Source: Vermamoeba vermiformis
Lineage: Eukaryota
Assembly: GCA_045837725.1 (NCBI GenBank)
Contig: JBEWZL010000232.1
Location: forward strand, 496,001-560,000
Reading direction: 5' to 3'
Length of the DNA stretch: 64,000 nucleotides
Shown here: piece after piece, positions 11,979 to 25,679 of the stretch
Layout of the letters: each line of letters begins with the position of its first letter
Position numbering within the stretch: the first letter of the stretch is position 1
Notes under the pieces: generated by a model
Told to the model about the DNA's origin: nothing
What the model saw: the letters and a program-made list of their open reading frames with translations, nothing else
Databases searched by the model: none
Program-made: the position numbers and the translations under genes

Positions 11979-14564
11979 ATGCGTCGCGTACCGAACAAAT
12001 CCGTCGACCGAGCTTCGACTGGCTTATGGTCAATTGCAATTTTATTAGCCCTCGTTGGTGTTGTTAGAAGTGCCTTGCCTTATACTGGCATTAACTTCAC
12101 TGCCGCTGAATGGAGTAAGTACTTCGTTATTTCAAGCCGTCAAATCCAACATTTTGCGACAAATCCACTCCATATAACATCTTTATATTATATTACTCAT
12201 TATTGTATTGAATTTATGTATTTAATCAAGCCAAAAGAAAGCTTTATCCGTTTCGCAAATATAATCATCCAGTGCTCTTTTTCTGCGCATCTATTGACAG
12301 TTTATTATCACAGGCGATGGTCCCTATTGGCCTAATCCCTTCGAGATTGATTACTTCGTGTCTCGCGGCATGAACGTTTTCAGATTTCCTTTCAAGTGGG
12401 AAAAGTTGCAACCGACCCTCCGAGCTGCCTTCGATAACAGCTTCTGGCAAGGATATTTGGCCGTAGTAGACTATATTGTTAATACTAAGGGCCAAACCGT
12501 TGTTATTGACCCTCACAAGTAAGTTTTGTTTCATCGTTACAGAGATGGCAGATCTAACCGAACTTATTTTTATTCAGCTACGCTCGTTATAATAATATTG
12601 TTATCGACACTACTGCCACTTTTACTACCGCTGATTTGATGGATCTTTGGACTCGATTGGCTAGTGAGCCCTTGTTGAAATCCAACGACAAAGTTGTAAG
12701 TCATCAAAAAGCGTCAATAACATTCTTTATTAATATGTATCTTTAGATTTTTGGCATTATGAACGAACCCTACGGAATGTCTACTGTGTAAGATTTGTTC
12801 TTGGGGTTTGAATTTTGTGAACTTGCTGACATTTTGAAATTTCCCTCAGAGCTTGGGCCAACGCTGCTAACCAATCAATTGCTGCTATTCGTGCCACTGG
12901 TGCCACCAACAGAATTTTTGTTCCCGGTAAGCATTAGCGTCCATTCGAAAGGTTGCTTCACACTAAAATTGCCTTATTAGGAAATGGTTTCACTGGATCT
13001 AGTGGCTGGACTGGGGCTTGGTACGACACCGCCACTCCGCAAGTATCCAACGCTGATGCTTTGAAGAACATCTACGACCCTCTCAATCATTACTCTTTCG
13101 AAGTCCATACTTACTTCGGTACGTGTCAAAGTGTCAAAGTGTCAAAACCTCACTTTCTGATTGTGGTTCTATAGATAAGGACAGAGGCGGTGGTGTTCCC
13201 GAGTGCGAGGCTGCTCCTGTGACTCCTTCCCGATTCCAATTTGTCACCGATTGGATGCGTGCGAACAATAGAACAGTCTTCTTGGGCGAGTTCGGAGGTG
13301 GTTATTACGAACAAAATTGTCTCGATGCATTCAAAGAGACTCTTGAATTCCTTCAAGCCAATAGCGACGTTTGGATCGGTTGGACTTTTTGGGCCGCTGG
13401 TCCTCGTTTTGCCAGTGCTTTCTTGTCTGGCGAACCTGTCGGCTATCCTCCTCAAACTAACCCCTCTATCGATGTTATTATGGACTACGTTCACAATCCT
13501 ATCGTCGCCAAGGTCTACCCTGATATCAGTACGTACCAAATTGACTCAAGTGTCAAAGTGTCACGTGATCTAATGTCAAATTATTTCAGCTCCTGCTTCG
13601 TACGGCTGCACTCCTGGTGACTCAATGCTTATCTACGACGACGCTTTGGTCAACGGCTGGGTCAGCAGGTACGTCCAAAAGTTTTCCGAATTAGGCAAGT
13701 TCTTAACCGCGGATCCTCCGCAGATCTTGGGGTACTTACAGCTACTCGAACACCAATGCCTACAACGGCACTTACTCCATGAGTTTCTCGCCTAAAGCTT
13801 GGACTTCTCTTTATTTGCAATCATCGACTGCCATCCCCTTGTCTCGTTTCAATGCGGTCGAGTTCTACGTCTCAGGCGATGCACCTGGCAATCAAATCAT
13901 CGAGTTCTCACTCACTATGCAAAGTGGTATTCCCGGTGCCAGTCAGCCTCTTCGTGCTTTCTTGCCCTCTGGAAACATCACGTCAACGTGGTCGAAGGGA
14001 GTCATACCCTTTTCCATTTTAGGAAACTATTCTATGAGTGAGGCGATCACTTTTGTTGGTTTCGCTGATGTAAGTCCGGCACCTATGACATGAAGTGAGT
14101 ATAATACGAGACTAAGAGTTATTTGTAGGCCTCTGGTCTTGCCAGCCAACCGACCATTTACCTCGACAAAGTTCAATTGGTCTGCACTTCGATCAGTAAG
14201 TCAAAACGATAAGATTATATACAACAATATATACTAATTATGTCATTAGCTGGTGGTACTCTTTCAGGCATTACTGTTGCTCCTGCTGGTGCTGAGACTC
14301 CTTCAGGTAATTTGTCGCCGATCCAGATCCGGCTGCTCAATTGCATTTACTTACTATTGTCTTATTAGACTCTCCTTTGAGTGCCAATGTACCTTCTGTC
14401 AACAACGATACTCCCTCAACCTCGTCAACTCCTCTCGGTAATGTCAGCTCAGCGTCAGTCATGTATGTTTGTTTCACGTATGGTTCTTGTAAATTAGCTG
14501 CTAACGGCACTCTTTTAGGACTGCCTCTGGTTTTGTCGTGGCGACAATTGCTTGGTTGTTTTAA
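11979..14564 (+). CDS. Secreted GH5 endoglucanase with C-terminal CBM-like beta-sandwich, S/T/P linker and probable GPI anchor
   Basis: Signal peptide; GMNVFRFPFKWE; IDPH; IMNEP (acid/base Glu); FEVHTY; FLGEFG (nucleophile); WTFWAAG; then IYDDAL..GW...IYLDKVQL domain and hydrophobic tail. Confidence 0.88.
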
Positions 14565-14991
14565 TGATTTTTGAAAGCAACGAGGTTACGTTTTCGTTGT
14601 CAGGGACACAAAATTCCATGTTTATTAAATACTGTTTGGTAATTAAAACTGCTGTGCATTTTGATCAAGTATTTGCAATGGCGTTTGTTGTGTTTTGAGG
14701 GAATTTGAGAAAATGTCGAATTGATTTACCCTGAAACCCGGTACCACAGCTGGTAATAATTATTATATTATTAATATTAATGCTATTTAGCAGTAAGTGG
14801 CGCATTTCTAGCTGCTAGTTACTGTTTTAATAATTACGTTCGATAATTATTGCTAACTGTGAATTAATTAAATGAGTGCATTGGCATAAAATAATTGTCT
14901 TCGTGGTGACAAAATATGATGCATCAATTTCTTAATTAATTCTTTTTAATTTCAATATTTAATTTAGGCCCTTGTTGGTAGCTTTCAGAAA

Positions 14992-16934
14992 ATGTCACTG
15001 CAAGAAGGATGGGCGAAGTTGGAAATTAATGACCCTGGCAATAATAAAAGCTACGAAGAAGCGTTAGAAATAGCGAACCAGCTAATTAGTGCCAACCCAA
15101 CAAACGCCGAAGTTTTTCTCCTGCGTGCAAAAGCAAAGCAGTACTTGAGGGACTTTCAAGGTGCCCTTGAAGACCTAGAAAAAGCTGACATGTTAGAGCC
15201 AAACAAACCGTTAACACTAAGTCGAAGAGGAAATTTGAAATATTTTCGTGGTGACTACGAGGGTGCGTTGGAAGATCTCAACAGAGCTAATCAACTTGAA
15301 CCAAACAACGCATTTATTTTAAGCCGAAGAGGAGCTGTATTGCCAAGAGTCTTCCATGACAACGAGCATTACAAAGCAGCACTTGAAGATCTAAACACGG
15401 CGGATCAACTTCAGCCAAACAACGCCTTTATTCTTTCTCGAAGAGGAGATGTAAAAAGATTGCTTAGAGACTTTCGCGAAGCATTGTTGGATCTCAATGA
15501 AGCTGATCGACTTCGTCCCGATGATACATTCACTCTTAGCAGACGAGGAGAGGTTAAACGGCTCATTGACGATTATACAGGAGCACTTGAAGATTTGAAC
15601 AGAGCCAATCAACTTTCTCCAAATGATACTTTTATTCTTAGAAATCGTGGAGATACATTTAGGCAGCTTTATCGTTTCGAAGAAGCAATAAACGACTACG
15701 ACAAAGCACTTGAAATTGATCCAGGCGATTACACAATTTTAAGCCGTCGAGGAGAAACAAAAAGAAGGCTAGAAAACTATGAAGGAGCTCTTGAAGATTT
15801 GAATGCGGCAGATAATCTCAATCCAAATAATGCAGATATTCTAGCCTGTCGAGGAGCAGTCAAATTTCTTCAAGGAAATTTTGAAGAGGCATTAGTGGAT
15901 CTACACAGAGCTAACGACATCCAACCAGATAAACTCACTCTCTGGTACATTGACGACGCAAAGCAAAAACTAGAACGCATCAAAAACACTATGATAACGC
16001 AGATCTCAAAAGGAATCGAAATTCCGTTTGAGCATTTGACAATGATAAAAAAACTTGGAGAAGGAGGCCAAGGTGAAGTGCACCTGGCCTTATGTTACGA
16101 TGAAAGAGTGGCTGTTAAAAGAGTGAAGCAATTTCAATCAAAAGAATTAATGATGGTCGAAGCAGAGGCGTTAGTGTAAGTCAGAACATCGTTACTCAAT
16201 GGCCTAATAATTCATGCAAATTGGCAGGGCTTTGCGTAATCCGTACATTGTGATGCTGAAGGGAGTGACGATAGATCCGCAACGGAATATGTGCCTGATA
16301 ATTGAATATTTCAAAGACGGATCGCTTGATGAATTGCTATTCGGCCAAGAAGCGAAAAAACTTTCACTGTCAAGCGTCATTCGACTTGCATTGGATATCG
16401 CGAAAGGACTGAAATACCTTCATTCACGCCAACCAATTGTAATTCACCGAGATCTGAAGAGCGCCAATGTTCTTGTAAGTATTAATATTTTACTAGTATT
16501 CTTACCTAAGAATTTCAGCTGCACAGTGCAAAACAACGAGCAAAAATTTCCGACTTTGGAACTGCGAAAGTTCTGCACCCAAATGTCCAACCAAAAACTG
16601 TAATTGGTGCTGTTGGAATGGCAATCCCTCCTGAAATGCTTGACGAAGAAGAGAATTACAACGAGAAAGTTGATCTGTTTAGGTATGGCATACGAATGAC
16701 AAATTAGTCGTAACTAACACATTGACAAGCTTCGGTGTGGTGCTGTATGAAATGCTCACAAACAAGCGACTTCCTGTTCTTGAAGAGCCTGCTCGCTTGA
16801 AACGAATTTTACAATACATCGTTGACGTAGACATGGCTCAACTAGTTACTGAATGTTGCAAATCTGATCCTAAGCAGCGACCATCAATCGATGATGTTAT
16901 TAAGAAGCTGAAGGAAAAAAAAAGCCACGTGTAG
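14992..16934 (+). CDS. TPR-repeat tyrosine-kinase-like (TKL) protein kinase
   Basis: About eight 34-aa TPRs (GALEDLNRANQLEPNNAFILSRRG); GEGGQG, VAVK, HRDLKSAN, ISDFG; three introns in the kinase part. Confidence 0.9.
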
Positions 16935-17085
16935 CATTTGAGATTGAATGTAAATAAAAGACCGAACGGTTAATTTCGTTCGGCTTAACGACAAAAGAAT
17001 TTGCACGTGTATGAAATGATTTCAAATCGTTTACATTTATTTACAAACAATAAATAATAATAACTTAAATAAATAACACTACGAG

Positions 17086-20000
17086 TTACCACACTTCTTC
17101 TTTCGGTTCGCCGTGCTTTTCAGGCTTGGCGATCACATCATTTGAGTCGTTCGTATGTGATCTCGGTGAGTTCTTGGCACCTCCTTTGTTGTTCTTGAAG
17201 TCATTCGTGCTCAGCATGGGCACAAAATGATGAGGACCCTTCGGAACATAGCTCTTCGCTGAGGTCGGGCGCGGTCCTGATTGAATCACTGGAACGTACG
17301 GAGACGATTTACCGTTCGTCGTATTATCTCTCGGCGTCGAAGGACTACTGCCAGCGCTATTATCAGCTCCGTTAGAAGAGTTCATGCCGTTGATCTCTTG
17401 CAAAACGCGATCGAATCTGGCTTTGGCGCGATGTTTTCGGAGCTCTTCGAGCTTGTTTTCTTGTTCTTCTTGAAGCTTAGTAAACTCTTCAACGAGTTTC
17501 TTGACTCTTTCTTCTTTCATTGAGACTCGTTTGCTCGATCCAGATCCGCCGATAACCCAGCTCTTTCTCTTCTTTATGTTCACTACTAAGGTATCTCCTT
17601 CATTGCTAACTTCGATTCTTGTCTCAATCTCCTCGTCTTCTCCAATAGGCTTGAGTTCAGAGTTGTTTGCCAGTTCGACAACAGTTCCGTCTGCTTGTTG
17701 GATGCGAACGGATCTGCTGCGTTTCCTTTCGGTCGGTTGAACTTCAGTCTTAGTAGCGTCTTCATTAGTTTTTTCATCTTCTGCAGGCGTAATGTTGACT
17801 TCAGGAATAACAAAGTCAACTTTAACTTCGGCGCTTTGTGATTGGTCGGTGCTATTTTTAGCTGCTTCGCCATTGGTCGACGGAGCCAATAACTTTTGTT
17901 GCTCTTCAGCTTCGCGTAGCTTTCTCTCTTCCTTATCTTTACGTTTTTGTCGTCTTGCTTCACGTCGAGCAGCACGTTCTTCTTTGGTTTCTTTTCTTTC
18001 GCTCGTGTTGTTATTATTTTCCTCGAATTTCTCGGGAGAAGTTGGTTCAGATGCGCCAGTAGTTTCAGCTTCAGCAGGCTTAGCCTCGTCGTCTTTCTTT
18101 GAAGCATCGTCTGCAACGGATCTAGGAGTTGTTGGTAGTGAATCGATTTCAGCTTTCTCTTCGTAGCTGCTGCTCAAGCTCTTCTGTTCGTCTTCAATTT
18201 CATCAATCAGTCGTAAAATCTCGTCTTCAATCTCGCGCAATCGTTGGCGAGATTTCTCCTTGACCATCTCTACGGGGGCCTTCAACGAACTCTTTTCTTC
18301 TTTGTGATTATTATTGTTATTGTTATTGTTAGATGATGTCTCTGTGACTCCAGCATTAGCATTTTCAGAGGCTTCGGTGAGTTGGCTGCTCATAGATCCG
18401 CTCGACAAGTGCGGGCTGTTGTCGTTCGAGGGAGCAATGGAGTTCGTTGTGATCGTGTCCGACGAGAGCGATATTGACAAATCAACATTGACTCGTGGAG
18501 TAGGTGGCGGGGTCTTGGGCATAATACTCGGATCCGTTGGCGAGGGTTTCACTTGTTCGTCGTTATTCAAGGTCGAGATGGACTCTTCCAAATCCATGAA
18601 AATGCTCTTGGTCTTTTCTTTCTTCCTGTTTGAGCCAGGCGGTGACAAACTGATGTCCGCAAACTCGCGTGTGGATGAAATTGTGTTGCCGCGTTCGCGA
18701 GTCGTGCCCATGTTCTCGAGCTCTTGCCTAATTTGGTCAAGTTCTTCATCGAGCGCTTCTTCACGCTTGCGGTGGTCTTGACGGACGGTGATCATGTCGT
18801 CGAAAATGACCGGGAATTTTTCGATCATTACTGTCAAGATTTCTTCGGCAAGGGCCAGTTCTTGAAGTACATCGGGGATCACTGAATTTCAATTAGTTAT
18901 GTTTGAATTTGAAAATCATGTGAATCGCGCAATAACGACTATAGAATGTGTTGAAAATGTGATACGAAAGCGACTAATTTTGACACCATGAAAAAATAAA
19001 GTGACACGTGTCATTTTTTTGACACTTTAGTACGTACTTTCGTCTTTCGAGTTGAGTGCTTCTTGTTGTAATATGCAAGGGCTCAAGACTATAGCCAAGT
19101 TCTTAGCGTTCATTAAGTTGACTGAACTCGTTGAAAAGATCAAATGCAGCATTTCGAGCAGATCTAACAGCACATCCTTTAAAAAAAAATTAGTCAATAC
19201 TCTAACTGGCAGTATATATTTTCTATCGTAACTTACTTGATTATCAATTTCTAATTTGTTAAATAAATCTCGAATTGGCTTCACTGCTTCTTCGCTGAAG
19301 TTTTGTGACTCTATTTGTACAGTTAATATTAGAAAGATATCAATGATAAAATGGACGTACCTGATAGGTTGCGTTTAATATCAATAAACTCTTTATATAA
19401 AGTTTTTGGGATCAAAGGTTCTTTCAGCTCGCGGATCCACATCTAGACGAAAAATTTAGATTTTGTTAAATTTCGAATCTAAGATGTATTTACCTTTAAT
19501 AAGGATGCAATATCATGCACTGAAATTTTAGGCTCAAAAGTCAATTGATAACCAAGCTCTAATTGTTCTTTAAGCTCGTTCACTAAGCCTCTATTTTTTG
19601 CGATTCTGAAAATTCCTAACGTTGCCGGTCCTATTTGGCAAATACTTATTAATATGATAATATAATTATATAATATTATCTCGTACCATGTTGTTTCAAG
19701 TATTCAATTGCCACGCGATAAAAATGTTTTTGACCGGCAGCGCGTGCTGACGCAAGAGATTGGCTTAAAGGCACGTGGAAATGCCTGTTAATGCGTGGAG
19801 CGACTTGTGCTTGGACAGATTCACCGACCAAACTAAAAATGGATTAATTAGCAATTATTTGTGATTTTATAAATTAAATATTTTTAAATCGGCAAATTTA
19901 GCTTTAAAGATCCGGTTTAAAATCTGTACTTACAGAGCCACTTGTCTATTTAATCGCTTATTCTTCTTAATAAGCTTAACATTCTCGCTAGTAAAGTCTG

Positions 20001-21239
20001 ACGCTGCCGTCACGTGCGAATCTTTTGACATGAAGTTTGATCAGATCGCATTTTCAGATCAGAAAAAAACAAATAAGGAAATAGGCTTATATACGTACGC
20101 TTAGACTTGCTTGATTTGTCTTTGCCTCTTGGCGAGACTTCGCCTTCTTCCTCCATTTTCTCGAGTTCTTTAGGAAATCCTCGCAAAGTTGTATTTTTGC
20201 CGATAACTTTTTTAGATCCGGATCTGCTGCTGTCAATATCATCCGTAGTCTTGTTATTCAATTGTTTACGAGAAGCCATTTTGCTAAGCTTTCGGAAGAA
20301 AGATTTGGCTCGATTCGGTTTTTTCTTCTCTGCATCGCCAGGTTGCGGGGATAAAGGCGGGGTTAAAGGGTCTAAATATAATATTAATTTAATATTAATT
20401 TAATTATTAATTTCTCAACGATTGGTATACGCGTCAAAAAACGAAAATGTATACTTAGATCGTGTTTCGATAGCAGTTGAATTCGTAATACTACGTTGAT
20501 AATGCGTGGAAAAATTATATTAAAATCGTTATAGTAATAATTTACCTTCGTGGAAAGTTGGACTTGCTGGCATGGATTTCGATTTTGAGTTTTCGGATTC
20601 GGGATGTTCCTCAAGCGTATCCAAATGGCTATTTACTTTGCTAATATTAATGGCCATCGAACGTTTAGGGACAGAAGTGATCATGTTCGCTTCTTCGGGC
20701 ACATCTGGGACTGTAACAACAATGACACTTGGAGATTCGTTGTTACTCGAGGTAAGTGCCTTGTTATTGTGACTAATATCCGAAGTGCGTTCAATAGGCG
20801 TTGATTTAGATAAACTGCGCTCCGATTTTGAACTTCTAATCTTTCTTTCCTTTTTCATGTCATCTGTCGGCGATAATTCGCGCTTGGAGGATCTTAAATT
20901 GAATTGTTAGCATTAAATTTGCAAACGATATCGTATGGAATATTTTAGTACGGAATAAGGCCTATTTGATAGTCCAACGAATTGGAAAATCTTTTTTAGT
21001 CCCATCTATCAATATTAATTGAAGATTTATAAAATAATTTGAGTGCATCATATGATAGATGGATTAAATAATAGCATGCCAACGCAATCCAGTTAAAAAA
21101 GTCTTTGATAATATTGAAAATTGGATTTTGCAAGATAGATCTGATCTTTGGTGAGTTTGCTGGTGTCTATTAACGTTACTTACTTCTTAGAAAAAGAAAT
21201 GAGACTCTTTTTCTTCTCTATGGACTTGCCAGAGCTCAT
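17086..21239 (-). CDS. RhoGAP domain protein with long low-complexity/coiled-coil C-terminus
   Basis: GIFRIAK arginine finger (~19600); HDIASLLKMWIRELKEPLIP; NLMNAKNLAIVLSPCIL. Start exon is tentative. Confidence 0.85.
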
Positions 21240-21800
21240 TTCTGCAACTCTTTTAAGATCAAGTAATTAATTGATGACCGAATACGTGATACACAATAAA
21301 ATACACAAATAAATAAACAATACAAAATACAGGTGTTAATGTATTTCGGTGGACATCAATTGTTGCATTAATTTAGGAACTGATATTTGTGAAATCGAGT
21401 AAAAAACTGAACGTTTTGACAGGTCAATTCAAACGCCGCAAAATCCACCATTTCGATCATTTTAAGTAGTCAAATGTAAATAATATTACTTTAGAACTCC
21501 TTTTACGTCCCTTATAACCGGTTAAAGATATGATGAATCTTGAAGATTCTCTGATCTGAAAATTCTGGCAAAGGTACGTGTTGCAAGATCTAGCCATAAT
21601 CTCACCTCTATATTGCAATGGTATTAAGGAATAGTAATATTGTTTACTTTACTATGATTATCAAAACCGCTGAACCCAAGAAAATATTTCTATCAAACGG
21701 ATTCGATCCGTGAGCTGTTTATTTACATTATTCACAAATTAAATTTAACAAATTATTGCACAAATTATTTTTGCATCATTTTGAGCGCCATAAAAGCTGC

Positions 21801-23775
21801 TTATTCCAAAGTGTCATTCGTGATCGTTGCTCGAGCACCTTTCGCTAGCACGACAATAGGATACAACATCGCTGTCTTATATGCCTCATCGTCTAAATTT
21901 ACTGGCTTGCCGATCGCTTTGTTCATGCAGTAGAACTGGATCTTGTAACCTGAAAATCAAAAAAAAAACAATTAATTCGTTGTTGGTTAATAAAATCATT
22001 GATCATTAGCAGCAATAAATAGACTTATTAGAACGCAGCGTATTTGCAGATTATTTTACGTTTTTTTGTCAATTTTGAAAGTGGTGGATTCGTACCTTGT
22101 ATCAGCCAGCCAAAATGAGAGTCTTCTTTGTTCAATGTCAGCTTCTCGACTACTTTGCCGCGTCTATAAATAGCGCCACCAAATATATACAAGCCTACAC
22201 CACAGTTTTCTTTGCTCCAGCCAGAGTTCTGGATCTTCGACGGATCCATTTTATCAGATCCAAGGCCTATTAACCACGCATTAGTATAAAACATAATAAG
22301 CCATGCATTAAGAACTAAAATTGATAAGATTATGCGAAGAGTATACGAGATCTGACGTCTCAAGAAAGTTCGATTTTTGGATCCAAAAATCTCCGGTGTA
22401 CGATGAATAAATGCTAGTTTGTTATAAATCATACCTATGGCTACTATAGAATTCTCGGGTATAAAGACTTGCACTTCAAAATACTCTTTTGTTTGCGGGG
22501 TAAGCATAAAACACTGCTCGGTACAGCGTGCAATGTAGTAATCGCCACTGTCCGATCTGCTTTCAGCTGTGTAACCATCGGGCGATAGGACTATTGTACT
22601 CGAGGCCTCTATAATAAAATAATTCGTAATCAGTAAAAAAGATCATTACGGACGAATAAAAAGTTGTTGAAAGTATACGATCCACGATAAGATCTGGATC
22701 CCGTCAAGCAACAATACCAAATTGATTAAATAGTAAAATTCGTTCATAATAATGTCATTACTAACGATTATATAATTAAGACGCTTTTGATATTCATGAA
22801 TAATTTTAATCGGGCCGATTGAATTCGCCAAACGGATCCGACCCGCCAAAATTGAATCATATCAAAACCGATCGATTTAATTTACAAATATAATACGGTC
22901 ATTATAAATTTAATCTTACCAGTTAATTTCCATTTCGGGTATTTTTGTTGCAATTTTTCAATCAGTCCTTGAATTTGATAGAACTGAGCTTCGTTTGCCA
23001 AGCAATGGTATTTTTCTGGCTTGTATTTCGGGGAAAATGGGGGTGTAGTTCCATCGCGCAAATAATTCAGTATGTGGTTGAAGTACTTTCCATCTCGATC
23101 TATGAAAAATCTTCCCGTGTTGTCCTTCTTCAAATTGTATTTACCGCTATAAATTAATAATGTAAAATCAGTAAGTGAATTATTTGGCAATAAATCCAAT
23201 CTGCATCTGCTCGTTCAGTGAACTTACCTAAACATTGCGAATAGCATCGAATCCTGACTTTGGAGCGTTTGCCTGGACGTAGCAAAATATCTGCCTCCTA
23301 CATTAAGCTCTACTATGTCACTATCTATCACGCTGCTATTTGCTCGACCTAAATGAAAAAAGAACAATCAGATTTGCGCAAATTAAATTTCAGAAATTGA
23401 ATAAGCAGTAGAAAATATTAGAATAAATTCTAATTTTGCTAGAAAAAATTAAATTGCACGCGTATAATAATATTTTCGAGGTGGAAATGAATTCTTACTA
23501 CGTGGCTCGCCGTTTAAATTTGGTGACTGACTTCCATGGATCTGCTGAGCTTTGCGAATGATTTTTTGTTGATGCCCGAGTTTAGTAATATTTAATTTAA
23601 GCAAAAGTTCTCGAGTTTCTGGCGTATCTGCTCGAAACGTGAAAGCGACCGTTTCTAGATCATCAAACCCTTCATTTTTGAAATTGTCGTAAAAGTCTTC
23701 TAATCCTATTCGTTGTAGCCACTTTAATACTTCATTTTCCGGTGTTGTATTGTCTTCCATTTCATTGGTAGCCAT
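21801..23775 (-). CDS. SAM + KCTD-type BTB/POZ + SPRY-like domain protein
   Basis: VLKWLQRIGLEDFYDNFKNEGFD..KLGHQQKI (SAM); IVELNVGGRYFATS..FFIDRDGKYFNHILNYLRDG (BTB); YFEVQV..VAIG..LYPIV (SPRY-like). Confidence 0.82.
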
Positions 23776-24186
23776 TAATGAAAAAAATCAAACTGCAACG
23801 AAACTTGTTATTCAGGACCAACAATCCACTGTCATAAATATAGCATACGCATTACTATAAATGATAATCTTATGCTATGTCAGGGCAATTTTAAGGTTCA
23901 GCATCAAAAAAACTGCCTATCTATCGTGGAAATTTCGTAGCCTGGCTTCTCGGTGCTTCCCTCGGGCGATCGGTGCTATTCTACCAGAGCTTTAAACTTC
24001 GATAAAATGAAATCATTATTTTATTTTAATGATGGCCGATCCAATCCGCCTGCATAGGGACTTGTACTTGAAAATCCCGTTTTTCCGAGCACACACCTTA
24101 CCAGGGCTACAAGAAGGATATTTAAGATTTTGGCAGGCCCCCCAAATCATTATTCATTCGCAACACGAATAACAACACAAACTACG

Positions 24187-25580
24187 ATGAAAGCAGCTAT
24201 CGTCGAGAAACCTAAAGACAAATTCGTCGTTCAAGAGAAGAGCATCCCTGAGCCAGGCCACAATCAAGTCCGCGTCAAAGTGCACGCATGCGGTGTCTGC
24301 CACAGGTCAGTAGTAATACAGAGCGAATTTATCCGATCTGATTTTTTGATCAGCGATTTGTTTACCAAGGACGGCATGTATCCCGGTATCCAATATCCTA
24401 TTAGCCCTGGCCACGAGGTTGCTGGTGTTATTGATAAGGTACGTAGTCATTGAATTAATCTCGAGACTTTGCCCGATCAGGGTCGCAAAACTTTTCAACT
24501 TTGATAAATTTGTATTTAATTTTAATATTATAAATAGGTCGGTGCTGGCGTCCTTGAATGGAAAGCTGGAGACCGCGTCGGTGTTGGCTGGCACGGTGGC
24601 CACTGCTTCCAATGCGAGAGATGTCGTCGTGGTGATTTCATCACTTGCAAGCACGAAAAGGTCTGCGGCATCTCTTACAACGGAGGCTACAGTAACTATA
24701 TTACAGGTAATATTTGTTTTGCAATCAAATTCAATTGATGGTGTGATATTTCCTAATGAGGAAAAATATTCCGCAAAAACTCTTTAAATTTACATTTAAA
24801 ACTGGATAAAATCTGACCTCTCTTCATTAGTGCCCTTCGAGTCTCTAGCTCGCATTCCTGATGAGTTGTCGTTCGAAGAAGCCGCTCCTTTGATGTGCGC
24901 TGGCATCACAGTCTACAACCCTCTTCGCAACTCTGACGCGAGGCCTGGTGATGTCGTCGCTGTCCAAGGTTTGGGAGGTTTGGGTCACCTTGGCAAGTAC
25001 TTCATTATTGCTATATTATATGCCCTTTCTAATGCTTGTGTAGGTGTCCAATTCGCCGTCAAGATGGGCTTTAAAGTCGTCGCGCTATCTTCGGGAGCTG
25101 ACAAGAAAGAGTTAGCCACTAAGCTCGGCGCACACGTCTACGTCGATGTCACTAAGGAAGACGCAGTGAAAGTTTTGCAATCGCTCGGTGGTGCTAAAGT
25201 CATCCTCGCTACTGCTCCCCATGCCGACTCGATCACTCCTTTGACTCCTGGCTTGGCTCCGGACGGCAGAACTATTGTCGTCGGCATGCCTACCGATCCT
25301 ATCAAAGTCAGCGCTTTTGACTTGGTTGGTGCTCGCCGTGGTGTTGTTGGATGGTAAGTGCATCCGCTGTCCGAACTTTTGACTGCCAGATCTGGAACTA
25401 ACTTTCGTATTATATAGGCCTAGTGGTACTGCTATTGACTCCGAAGACACTTTGAAGTTCGCTGCTTTGACCGGTGTTCGTCCAATGATTGAAGTCTTCC
25501 CGCTGGACAAAGTCAACGAGGCTTATGAAAAGATGATCACCAACAAGGTCCGCTTCCGTGCAGTATTGAAGTTCGATTAA
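24187..25580 (+). CDS. Zinc-dependent alcohol dehydrogenase (MDR, AdhP/CAD-like)
   Basis: CGVCHSD; PGHEV; structural-zinc cysteines CFQCERC..C; APLMCAGITVY; GLGGLG. Confidence 0.93.
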
Positions 25581-25679
25581 TTTTAGTAATTGTAATAAAT
25601 TTTTTGTTACAATTCGGTGACCTAGAAGTTGTATTATAAAAGCTGCGAAGAAACACCGATCTAATGTTGGATGCCGTTT

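Noticed and set aside
17281-18781. Plus-strand ORFs and an AAC/AAT run within the RhoGAP gene
   Set aside because: Antisense shadows of a low-complexity exon; poly-Asn tracts are ordinary.
24187-25580. Alcohol dehydrogenase (and the distant P450) as members of the NRPS-like cluster
   Set aside because: The ADH is separated by the histone-like gene and looks like a housekeeping enzyme; the P450 is ~26 kb away.
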